This document shows positions 46,393-57,554 of a DNA stretch of 64,000 bases, piece after piece. Made by a program: the position numbers and the translations under genes. Each line of letters starts with the position of its first letter. Position 1 is the first letter of the stretch. The stretch is from an uncultured bacterium (GTDB lineage: Bacteria > Acidobacteriota > HRBIN11 > JAKEFK01): the NCBI GenBank assembly GCA_963777505.1, contig CAVZQN010000008.1, positions 507,679 to 571,678 on the forward strand, written 5' to 3'. The notes beneath the pieces are model-generated. The model was given only the letters and a program-made list of their open reading frames with translations, searched no databases and was not told the origin of the DNA.

Positions 46393-48051
46393 GCCGCATT
46401 CTCGTTCTTGGCGGATATGGCGGATTTGGCGCGCGCCTGACGCGAAGGCTGGCGGCACGCGGGCACACGGTCCTTGTTGCGGGACGAAGCCTTGCGAAGG
46501 CGCAGGCCTTCTGCGCGGAGCTCGAACGTGCAGAGCCGGTTGTTGCCGACCGGAACGGCGACATCGGTCCGCTGCTGGCGCAGCTCGACACCCGATCTGC
46601 GTGATCGATGCGGCCGGCCCGTTTCAGGGCAGCGATTATCGGCGTTCCGCGCGCATGCATCAAGGCTTCGATCCCGTATGTCGATCTCGCCGATGCGCGG
46701 GCGTTTGTCGCCGGCATCGGCGCCTTGCGGGCCGAGGCGAGCGCTGCCGGCGTAGCAATCATCGCCGGTGCGTCCAGTGTGCCGGCCTTGTCGGGGGCAG
46801 CGGCGACGGCGTCTTGCCGCCGGGCTCGATCGCGTCTGCACGATCGAGATCGCCATCAGCGCCGCAAAGCGCGCGACGCTCGGCGCATCGGTCGTCGCCG
46901 CGATTCTGAGCTATGCCGGCAGACCGATCCGTCTCTGGCGCGGACAGACGCTGGGAGCGGGCCTTCGGCTGGCAGGAGTTGCGGCGCGACGACTTTGTCC
47001 TGGGCGACGGCACCGGACTGAACAGGCGCTGGCTCGCACTGGCTGACGTTCCCGATCTGGATCTGCTGCCGGCAAGCCTGCCGGGCCGACCGTCCGTCGT
47101 CTTTCGTGCTGGAAACGAGTCTGCGCTGCAGGTCGTCGCGCTTGTGGCTGCTGACCTGGCCGGTGCGATGGTTCGGAATTTCGATCGGGAAACTGGCGCC
47201 GGTGTTGTCGTGGCTGCAGCGGCTGATGCAGATGGTTGAGCACGGATTGCTCCGCCATGATCGTGCGCATGCAAGGGCGAAGCGTCGGGCCGCTTCGTCG
47301 AGCGGCAGTGGACCCTCGTTGCACGGGATGGCGACGGGATCGAAATTCCGACGCTCGCGGCGGTGCTCGTGGCGGAGGACATCCTTGCCGGACGCGTCGT
47401 TTCCGGCGCCCGGTCCGCGGACAGGCTGCTGTCGCTTGCAGCGTTCGAGCCGTTGTTCTCGACCCTGTCGCTGCAGCACGAAGTTCGGGAGCGTTCGCTG
47501 CCGCCGCCGCTTTATGCGCGTGTCATGGGGCCGCGGTTCGCCGCGCTGCCGGCGGCGGTGCGCGAGATGCACTGGCTGTGCGGGGACGGCGGCGCATCCG
47601 GGCAGGCCAATGTCACGCGCGGCCGCAATCCGCTGGCGCGTCTCGTCGCGGTCGCTGATGCGTTTTCCGCCCGCCGGATCGCATCCGTTGCACGTTTCGT
47701 TTGTCGAGCGCGATGGCGTCGAGCGCTGGACGCGCCATTTCGGCGACCGGAGCTTCTCCAGCCATCTGAGCGAGCAGGCGGGGCAGTTGGTCGAGCGGTT
47801 CGGCGCGCTGCGCTTCGTTTTCGATCTTCCGTCCGACGAGCACGGGCTGACGATGCACATATCGCCGCTGGAGCGTGTTCGGCCTGCCATTGCCGCTGGC
47901 GCTGGCGCCGCGCACGTCAGCGCGAGAATGGGAGGAAGACAGCCGCTTCCACTTCGACGTGCCGATCTCGCTGCCCTTGATCGGGCTGATCGTGCACTAC
48001 GCCGGGTGGCTGCAGCCGGAAGGTCGCGCGGTCACACCGAAATCCGTCTGA
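46389..48051 (+). CDS. saccharopine dehydrogenase-like NAD(P)-binding protein fused to DUF4166 (frameshifted)
   Basis: ILVLGGYGGFG, DAAGPFQ, YVDLAD, GASSVPALS and, C-terminally, LYARVMGPRFAALPAAVR...ERWTRHFG...FHFDV...YAGWL. Confidence 0.78.
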
Positions 48052-48388
48052 AGACGGAGCTGTTGGTCAGGAAGCTTTCCCAGATTTCCGCCTCCCTTGC
48101 CGGATCGGCTGCTTGAGCCGGCCTGACCAGGTGCCACATGGTGTGCAGCGTCGCGCCGCCCTCGGCCGGGAGTTCGAGCCGTCCGGCCCAGCTGGTCAGC
48201 GAGCCGGCCGAAGGCCATGCGACGACGAGCCCAATCGTCATGCCGTTCGCCAATCCGACGACGCGGTGAGTCTTGCCGACCACCGCGGAATTGCCGATTT
48301 GCGTCAGATACTGCCCGGTGATCTCATCCTCGCGCTGCTGCAAAACCATCGCGCCGCCGCGTTCGTTGATCCAGGTACCATTGAACAT
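48032..48388 (-). CDS. avidin/streptavidin-family protein (118 aa, no signal peptide)
   Basis: GTWINERG, ITGQYLT, VAW..SLTSWAG, LHTMWHL and W...VFRR align with the avidin fold. GGAGGGG RBS. Confidence 0.8.
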   Translation of the reverse strand: MFNGTWINERGGAMVLQQREDEITGQYLTQIGNSAVVGKTHRVVGLANGMTIGLVVAWPSAGSLTSWAGRLELPAEGGATLHTMWHLVRPAQAADPAREAEIWESFLTNSSVFRRISV

Positions 48389-48490
48389 GACCCCTCCCGC
48401 AGAAATCGACGGCACGCAAGCCGGCTCGACGTCTTGAATACATCTTCGTCCGGGTGCGAATATGGCGATCGACCGGCCGGTGCAGGCAAG

Positions 48491-49127
48491 ATGTTTCTTT
48501 ACGACGGACCCGAAAACGCAAAGGCGACGCTCCTGCTTGCGCATGGGGCAGGCGCGCCGATGGATTCGGCGGCGATGACCACGCTGGCGAAAACGCTTGC
48601 GAAACATGACCTTCGCATCGCGCGTTTCGAATTCGGTTACATGGCGGGCCGGCGCACCGCGGCCGGCCGCAAGCCGCCGCCGCGCGCCGAAAAGCTGACG
48701 GCGGAGTACCTCGCCGCCATCGCGGCGCTCGGCGCCAAATCGCCGCTGGTGATCGGCGGCAAGTCGATGGGCGGGCGCGTTGCCAGCATGATCGCCGATG
48801 AGTTGTTCGCGGCCGGAACGATCGCCGGCCTGTTGTGCCTCGGCTATCCGTTCCATCCGATCGGCAAGCCGGAGCAACTGCGCACCGCGCATCTCGGCGA
48901 GATGAAGACGCCGGCGCTGATCGCGCAAGGCACCCGCGATCCCTTCGGCACGCGCGGAGGAGGTCGCAGCCTACAAGCTGTCGAAGCGCATCGAGATCCT
49001 CTGGCTCGAGGACGGCGACCACGACCTGAAACCGCGCAAGGCGGTGTCCGGCTTCTCCGCCGCCGACCATCTTGCGACGCTGGGACAGGCGGTGGCGGCG
49101 TGGGTCGCGCGCATCACCGCCGCATGA
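48491..49127 (+). CDS. alpha/beta hydrolase (KANL3/Tex30-like; frameshifted)
   Basis: LLAHGAGAPMDS, GGKSMGGR, LGYPFHP, QGTRDPFG and DGDHDL. Confidence 0.85.
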
Positions 49128-49891
49128 AGATTGCCACCTTCAACATCAACAACGTGAACCGGCGGCTGCCGAACCTGCTGGCCTGGCTCGCGGCGGCGAA
49201 GCCGGACGTCGTCTGCCTGCAGGAACTGAAGGCCGCGCAGAACCAGTTTCCGGAAAAAGCGCTGCGCGATGCCGGCTACGTCGCGGCATGGGTCGGCGAG
49301 CGGTCGTGGAACGGCGTTGCGATCCTCGCGCGGAAGGCGGAGCCGGTGGTCATTCGCACGCGGCTTCCCGGCGATCCGAAAGATGTTCAGGCGCGATACC
49401 TCGAGGCGGCGGTGAGGGGCGTCGTCATCGCCTGCGTCTATGCGCCGAACGGCAATCCGCAGCCCGGACCGAAATTCGACTACAAGCTCGCCTGGCTGGC
49501 GCGCCTGCGCCGGCACGCCGCGACGCTGCTGAAAACCGGCGCTCCGGTGGTCATCGCCGGCGACTTCAATGTCGCACCGACCGCACTCGACATTTATCCG
49601 ACCCGCTCGTGGGACAAGGACGCGCTGGTGCAGCCGGAAAGCCGCGCCGCGTATGCAAAGCTGCTGCAGCAGGGATGGACCGACGCGTTCCGGGAATTGC
49701 ATCCGCAGGCGCGCGCCTACTCGTTCTGGGACTACAAGCGCAACCGCTGGCCGCGTGACGCCGGACTGCGTCTCGATCACCTGCTGCTCAGCCCAAATCT
49801 GGTGCCGGTGCTGAAGAAGGCTGTGATCGACAAGGCGGTGCGCGGCGAAGAGGGAGCGAGCGACCACGCGCCGATGTGGATTGTCGTGTGA
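49124..49891 (+). CDS. xth: exodeoxyribonuclease III
   Basis: MKIATFNIN, LQELK, YAPNG, GDFNVAP, RLDHLL and SDHAP. Confidence 0.92.
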   Translation: MKIATFNINNVNRRLPNLLAWLAAAKPDVVCLQELKAAQNQFPEKALRDAGYVAAWVGERSWNGVAILARKAEPVVIRTRLPGDPKDVQARYLEAAVRGVVIACVYAPNGNPQPGPKFDYKLAWLARLRRHAATLLKTGAPVVIAGDFNVAPTALDIYPTRSWDKDALVQPESRAAYAKLLQQGWTDAFRELHPQARAYSFWDYKRNRWPRDAGLRLDHLLLSPNLVPVLKKAVIDKAVRGEEGASDHAPMWIVV

Positions 49892-49935
49892 TGGCTACCC
49901 GCTGGATTTGACACCGGATGGTTTCGCGCGAGGCT

Positions 49936-50429
49936 TCAGCGAAGCCTGATGACGATGTCGGGCTCCGCGCTGCTCCGGGTGGACACCTCAAGGAGCGCAT
50001 TGATGATGTCGGGAGGAGTCAATTCACGCTGCACGATCAGGCGCCGGTAGAGCGGCGAAGCGGCGCAGATGGCAAGGTCGATCAATGTCCGGATGATTGC
50101 CGATCGATCGCAATCCAGCGGGCAGACGAGCGAAAGCTCGGCGGTGTCGGCCGCGTCGCCGAGCGCACAGATCGATCGCGATGGCTTCCGGGCAGTACGG
50201 CCCCATCCGGCCGATGACAAGCACGTGTTGCCAGTCGATCGTCCGGCAGAAGTTCAATGACGGCCTCGTCGGACATGCCGCCGCCGAAGCAGGATCGTCG
50301 CTGATCGAAGCTCATCGCGAGGAAGAACGCCTCGAGCTTCTGGCAGTCGTGTTCGGTCAGCAATTGAAACGAGCGCCCGCCGTTGACGCCTTGCGATGCG
50401 ATGGCGAGTTCTGCCTGGAATGCGCCCAT
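49936..50429 (-). CDS. degenerate GNAT-like protein (frameshifted)
   Basis: The N-terminal LEAFFLAMSFDQRRSCFGGGMSDEAV and AELSL resemble Pat-type GNAT domains, but the acetyl-CoA motif is not evident. Confidence 0.4.
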
Positions 50430-50519
50430 GGGGAGGCTCCGGTTTCGTGCTTTCGCTGACCGGGACCCTAGTTCGCGACGAGGAGCGCGCGCGTCCTCCA
50501 AACAGGGGGTGGGTGAGGT

Positions 50520-52399
50520 CTACGGCGCGGCGAGCACCAGGGTCGCGACCGTCAGGCCGTCCGCGCGGTCCAGCGAGAAGTTGGCGCCGAGCGATTGCGC
50601 CCGCACGGCGATGCTCTTCAATCCCTGGCTGTTTCCTCTCGATGCCGCGGGTGCCGCGTTCGGGCCGACGCCATTGTCCTTGATGGATACGAACCCGACC
50701 TTGGTCGTTGCGCCGAGCCGTCGAGCCTGTCCCGCAATCCGACGTGGAACGTGATCTCGGTGGCGCCACCATGCCGGACGGCGTTGTTCAGGCATTCCTG
50801 CACGATGCGCAGCACGTGCAGCGTCGACTCTGCACCGAGGTTCAGGTCTTCCGCGCCGTCGTCGACCTCCCAGAGCGTGCGCACACCGAAGGATGCGAGC
50901 CGCGGTTCAAGGCGATGGCGAAGGTTCGAGAGCGCGTCGACCAGCGTTTCGGTGCTCGTGCTTCGCGCGTCGATCAGAAGCCGCAATTCGTCCAGCGACG
51001 ACTGGATGCCGTCGGTCACCTCCGAGCTCGAAAGGTTGCCGCCCTTGAGGCCGCTCAGCAGCAGCGACAGATGCGTGCCGACCCCGTCATGCATGTCACG
51101 CATCAGCCGGTGGCGCTCCTCGATCGTCACGGCTTCCGCATCGCTTTGCCGTTTCTTCTCGTAGAGTTCGTCGAGTTCCTGTCGTGCCGCCGCGATCTTC
51201 CTTTCGAGGTCGGCGTTGGCGTTGCGCAGCGAAAGCTTCGCCGTGGCGACGTCATCGGCGAGCGCAAGACCCATCACCAGCAGCAGGAAGGGGAAGCTGA
51301 GCGGGAACCATTGCGTAGCGGAATAGCTGATGACGCCCAGCAGCCAGAGCAGGTCGTGCACCGCAGGCGCGACCTGTGCTGCGAGCGCGCACGCCATCAG
51401 GAGCCGCGGCGTGTTCGGCGCGCGGAAGGTTTCGACGGCAAGCACGATCATGCAATAGATGCCGGCGAGCAGAATGGGCAATCGCCAGACGATGGCGTCG
51501 AACCTTGAAAACATCCATGGCGGAATGAGGAACAGGGCGACCGTGCCGATTGCCGTGAAGGCGATGATCGAACGTTCGAAGGTTGCGTTTCGCCAGCCGA
51601 CGTAACGGGTCAGAAAGACATAGAGCGGTAGCGCCGACCACCCGAGGCTCGCCGCAATCAGGGGCGGCATCAGACCGAGCGGCAGGACCTGAACGTCAAA
51701 CTGACGGTGGAAATTGCGCGCAGCAAACACGATCGCGCCGATTGCGAACAGCCCGTAGAGCTGGGAGTTCTTCGGATCCCGCAGCCACAGCAGCACGAAC
51801 GGAACGCACATCGCCAGCACGATCCAGTTGGACAGCTTCAGAAACTCGTCCTGGATCAGCCGCCGGTTGGTGTAGGAGTCGCGCAAGTCCGCCAGCGGGC
51901 CGATGTAGACTTCGGACAGGCCCGCGCCGTCGTTTGCGTAGCCGTGCACGCGGATGGTGAGAGTGTTCTCGCCGTCGACGATGGCCGTGACCGGCAGCTC
52001 CGCCAGGATCGTCCGGTTGGATCCGCGAACCTGCGCAACGCCGCTGTCCGAGTAGATCAGTTCTCCGTTGAGCAGGACGTCGCAATAGGTCTTGACGCGA
52101 GGAACGAAGACAGCCTGGCGAGGTCCGTCTTTCCGCGCTTCGACCGCAAAGCGGTAGTCGATGTCGCCGCCGAAGCCGCGCCGCCTCTGGTCCCAGGCGT
52201 CGGGGAGCGTCACGCGCGCTGCCTGTTCGCTGCCGGCGCGACCCGCGGCATCGGCGCCGGGCACCTGCGCGATTGCGCTGTCCCGCTTGCTGGCGGCGGG
52301 CGGCGGCGAGGAGGTTGTGTAGGAGAGGGCGACCGGCAGCAGCAGCACTGCGACGAGCAGTACCGCGACCGGCAGCTTGCGGAGTCTTGCCGCTCTCAT
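50520..52399 (-). CDS. membrane sensor histidine kinase (7TM-DISM-like input, HisKA_3 type; frameshifted at 3' end)
   Basis: Extracellular beta domain, about 7 TM helices, RLMRDMHDGVG, ECLNNAVRH and DNGVG. Confidence 0.85.
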
Positions 52400-52473
52400 C
52401 CCGCGCGAGCGACAGCGCCTGCGACATCGTCATGACGGAAGTCCGGGTCCTGCGTCACATCCCAGGTTCGAGT

Positions 52474-53160
52474 TCACAGAAGTCCGAGCCGGGTGGCCTC
52501 GAACACGGCTTCGCCGCGCGAGTTCACTTCCAGCTTGCGATAGATGTTCTTGGCGTGAGAGCGCGTGGTGGTGTGGGACACGTGCAGGAGCTGCGCCACC
52601 TCCACCAGCGAGAAGCCCTTCGCGACGAGTCGCAGCACCTCGATCTCGCGGGCCGACAGCGAAACGTTTTCGTCGCGCGTGGATACCGACACACCGGTGG
52701 CGGGCTTGTCGCCGGCGTCGACTCCCATGCGGCGGGCGCGCGCGGGCTCCTGCAGCCGGCGCAGGATATGGCGGGCGATCTTCGGGCTCAGCGGCGAATG
52801 GCCGGCGCGCAAATCCGCGATCGCCGTGACCCATTCCTTGGGGGTGCTGTCCTTGACGAGGTAGCCGGTTGCGCCGGCGCAGATCGCGGAGACGACGCTT
52901 TTCTCGTCGTCGAATACGGTCGCGACCAGAATGTCCGCGTCGGGCCGCAGCCGCCGCGACGTCCGGATGGCGTCGATGCCGCTGCCGTCGGGCAGGCCGA
53001 GATCGACGATGAAGATGTCGAAGTCGATCGCCCTGATCGCACTCAGAGCGTCGCTCAGGTTCGCGCACATTGTCACGATCCTGAGCTCCGGATCGGCGAC
53101 AACGATGCTGGAGATCGTTGCCTGCCAGTGCGGCTCATCCTCCAGAACAAGCAGGCGCAT
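52474..53160 (-). CDS. NarL/LuxR-family response regulator
   Basis: VLEDE, VDLGLPDGSG, GYLVK and LSAREIEVL...KNIYRKL. Confidence 0.93.
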   Translation of the reverse strand: MRLLVLEDEPHWQATISSIVVADPELRIVTMCANLSDALSAIRAIDFDIFIVDLGLPDGSGIDAIRTSRRLRPDADILVATVFDDEKSVVSAICAGATGYLVKDSTPKEWVTAIADLRAGHSPLSPKIARHILRRLQEPARARRMGVDAGDKPATGVSVSTRDENVSLSAREIEVLRLVAKGFSLVEVAQLLHVSHTTTRSHAKNIYRKLEVNSRGEAVFEATRLGLL

Positions 53161-53294
53161 GGCGATCGACCTCTGCGGGACGTTTGCTCTGTCATTATAT
53201 CATCCAAAGGTTGTGCGTCACCGGCCAAAACCGGGCAATTCGAACCAGGCGCCCCGATTGTTCGAAAGCGATGCGAATGCCGTGTTCTCGCCGG

Positions 53295-53852
53295 TCAGAA
53301 CATGCAGGCGGACAGTGCGACGATGGTGAACATGTCGACCTGAAATTCGGTCTCGAGGTCGAGCCCGCGCTCCGCAAGCCATTGGCGTTGCGCCAGGTAG
53401 GCCGTCTTTTCGCGGGCGCCGCCGCAGTCGTATTTGCGACCGGCGAGGTTCTGCAGGTGATGCACCATTTCGTGCACCAGCACCGACCGTTCGGCGACCG
53501 AGGCGCCGGTCCAGCCCGCCGGCAGATAGATTGTCCGGCTGGTGTCGTCGTAGACGGCGACGACCTCGCGTTGAATCTCGGGCAGCGGCGTGGAGTGCTC
53601 GCCGCCGATCGCCTGCGACCGGCGCGGCAGCAGTGCGTTGTAGCGCAGACGGTGGATTTGCGCCGGCTGGACCAGTTCGATCCGCGGCATCTCGGCCGCG
53701 TAGGGCAGGTCGTAGTTGGCCGAGATCCAGCGCGCGATCGCGTCGAGCGATGAATTCGCTGGCAGATTGCCCGACGGGCCCTGCGCGATCGCAGGCAGAG
53801 GGGCAAGAAGGATGAACAGCAGCACCGCGCGAGACAGGATCTGAAGGGCCAT
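53295..53852 (-). CDS. secreted HExxH protein (DUF6647-like)
   Basis: Signal peptide, VVAVYDD..RTIYL, SVLVHEMVHHLQ, C...E..AY and a C-terminal Cys. Confidence 0.7.
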   Translation of the reverse strand: MALQILSRAVLLFILLAPLPAIAQGPSGNLPANSSLDAIARWISANYDLPYAAEMPRIELVQPAQIHRLRYNALLPRRSQAIGGEHSTPLPEIQREVVAVYDDTSRTIYLPAGWTGASVAERSVLVHEMVHHLQNLAGRKYDCGGAREKTAYLAQRQWLAERGLDLETEFQVDMFTIVALSACMF

Positions 53853-54048
53853 CGATCGCTCCATGGTCGAACCGCATCGGGACGGCCGCGACGATCGAAC
53901 TTTTCGCTGCCCGCAGAAATCATCCAATCGGATGACGGCTTGCGAAAATATTCGGCGGCATCGCTGGCGACCGATCCCGGCTGATCCGCCAAATGGAGGA
54001 TGCAACCGGCATGCCGGTATGCATGGGGCGCCATTGACTGCGCGGCCG

Positions 54049-54076
54049 AATATTTGCTTGCTGGCGAGCAAGTATT
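54049..54076. promoter_or_regulatory. TetR-type operator palindrome upstream of the monooxygenase
   Basis: AATATTTGCTTGC-TG-GCGAGCAAGTATT is an imperfect inverted repeat. TTGACT lies at 54034. Confidence 0.55.
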
Positions 54077-54102
54077 TTCAGATTCAGAAGGCAGCTCCCT
54101 CC

Positions 54103-55621
<1,519 letters not shown>

Positions 55622-55623
55622 TC

Positions 55624-56245
55624 ATGCCGGCCACCGCGCTGAAGGTCCGCGAACCAACCACCCACGTCGAGCGGCGCGAGGAGGCCGAGCGCAAGCTGCT
55701 GGCAGCGGCGGCGAAGATCATCGCCGTGAAGGGCCTCGAACGCTTCACGCTCGCCGAGGTCGGCGAGACCGCGGGCTACAGCCGCGGGCTGCCGCGGCAC
55801 TATTTCGGCGACAAGGACGAACTGACGATCCGCGTCGCGCTCTACGTCGCCGAGCATCCGATCCTGCAGGAGCGGCTGCAGGTCGAGCCGGGCCTCGAGA
55901 CGGTGATCAGCATGATCCGCTTCTTCTTCGCGGTCGCGCCGAAGTACCGCACCAACGTGCGCGCGCTGTCGATCGTGCTTGCCGGCGTGCTGACCAGCGA
56001 CTCGCTGAAGGAGCCGATCGCGCGCATGACCCGCGCCAAGCGCGCGGCGCTCGCCGAACACATCGCGATCGGCATCAAGCAGCGGCGAGATCCGCAAGGA
56101 CGTGAACCCCGCAGCGCAGGCGATCCTGATCCTGTCGCAGATGCGCGGCGTCGTCACGCAATGGCTGAGCGACGAGGCGGCGGTCGACCTGAAGGCGGTC
56201 GAAGCCGAGTTCATCGCCACGCTGCGGCGCGGACTGGCGGCCTGA
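55624..56245 (+). CDS. TetR/AcrR regulator (frameshifted)
   Basis: FTLAEVGETAGYSRGLPRHYFGDKDEL HTH. Confidence 0.88.
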
Positions 56246-56268
56246 GTCCCGGTGGCGCGGTTCGCACC

Positions 56269-57216
56269 TCACAGGTACCAGGACATGACCGCCTTGAGCA
56301 TCGCGCCCTCGACGATCGGCAGCACGGTCACCTGATTCAATCCGACCTTTCGCGCGGCTTGTGCCGCGATCGACGTATCCTTCTTCAAGTCACCGCTGAT
56401 CCCCGGGATCCCGGTGAACCACGCGCCGCCGATCGCGCCTTCACCCTTGCGTATCTGGCCTGACCCATAGACCGCGTCCAGATTGGTTCCGGTGCTGCAG
56501 CTGCCGGCTTCGAAGATCAGGGTTTGTCGTGTTTGGTCAGGCACCCAGATCTCGAACCGGTGCGCAATCGGCGTTGCCTGCGCGGACAACAGGGTCACGA
56601 CCCAGGTTTCATCTCCGGATGATTTGTAGGGGATGCCGACGCCGCAATTGATGCCGATCTCCGAGGCATCTTCCCAGCGCAGAAAGCGCTTCGCATTGTG
56701 CAGGTCCGCAATGATCAGCGGCCGGTTGGCCTTCCAGGTACGGCCCGGCAAACCAAAACCGCGCGGAAAGCGGGTATGCCGTGAATTGAACTCGAACATG
56801 TCGGCGGTGCCGTAGTAGCCGTCGACGAGTTCCATGTCGTGCGAGCGTTCGGGATCGTTGTGCCACAGCTCGATGGCTCCGACATGCTTGGCGTCATCGC
56901 CGCAAAGCAGGACGACAACTGCCATCAGAAATTCGCCGGCAAACACCGGAAGTGCGACACCGCAGGTCAGGCCGGCTTCCTTTGCCTCATCCGTTCGCTT
57001 GAAATAGGAGTCCGCGAACTCCGTCAGGATGACTGGATGGCCGGATGCCCAGGCCTTGCCGGGAAGCCCCTCATCGTAGGCAAACAGCGTATGTTCGCTG
57101 AGTGCGCGGAACTCTTCGTACTCCGCGCTGCAAAGTCCGCCACCATATTCGAGAACGGTCCGGGCCCTGTTCGGCACCCAGAGTTCGACGACGCGTATGA
57201 ACGGCTTCATTGACAT
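56269..57216 (-). CDS. stand-alone tandem GAF-domain protein
   Basis: Three internally similar units (EGLPGKAW / FGLPGRTW / EGAIGGAW, each followed by a P(V/I) strand) and no output domain. Confidence 0.75.
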   Translation of the reverse strand: MSMKPFIRVVELWVPNRARTVLEYGGGLCSAEYEEFRALSEHTLFAYDEGLPGKAWASGHPVILTEFADSYFKRTDEAKEAGLTCGVALPVFAGEFLMAVVVLLCGDDAKHVGAIELWHNDPERSHDMELVDGYYGTADMFEFNSRHTRFPRGFGLPGRTWKANRPLIIADLHNAKRFLRWEDASEIGINCGVGIPYKSSGDETWVVTLLSAQATPIAHRFEIWVPDQTRQTLIFEAGSCSTGTNLDAVYGSGQIRKGEGAIGGAWFTGIPGISGDLKKDTSIAAQAARKVGLNQVTVLPIVEGAMLKAVMSWYL

Positions 57217-57375
57217 GCCCGATCGGCCCGGCACAGCGGAGCATCCGACAGTTCACGGCCGCACGCACGGGCGAATAGTAGGCAGGCGATGCATATGAAA
57301 TCGAACATCGATCCAGTTTATCCATGCTGGGGCGGAAGGCCGCGTAGGCATGATGACTTGAGGCCGGATCGCCGC

Positions 57376-57502
57376 GTCATGCCCGCGCAAGCGGGCATCC
57401 AGTAAACGCAGGCTCTCAATTCTATCGTCGACGCTTGCGTGTACTACGGCTGCGGGCGAGCGAAGCGACGCCGTTCTTCGAACGGCTATGCGCGGGGACG
57501 AC
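57376..57502. repeat. CGTC-type REP element with internal insert
   Basis: GTCATGCCCGCGCAAGCGGGCATCCAGTA...GCGGGGACGAC. The left arm matches the reverse complement of the right arm of the 27740-27853 repeat. Confidence 0.6.
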
Positions 57503-57554
57503 AGCTTTGAGACTGCGCTACGGCAGCCGGCGACGACTGGGGTATCGCCGCCCC

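Noticed and set aside
48113-49891. Apparent hydrolase-exonuclease III fusion (592 aa)
   Set aside because: An indel near 48955 causes the read-through. The ATGA overlap at 49124-49127 shows two separate genes.
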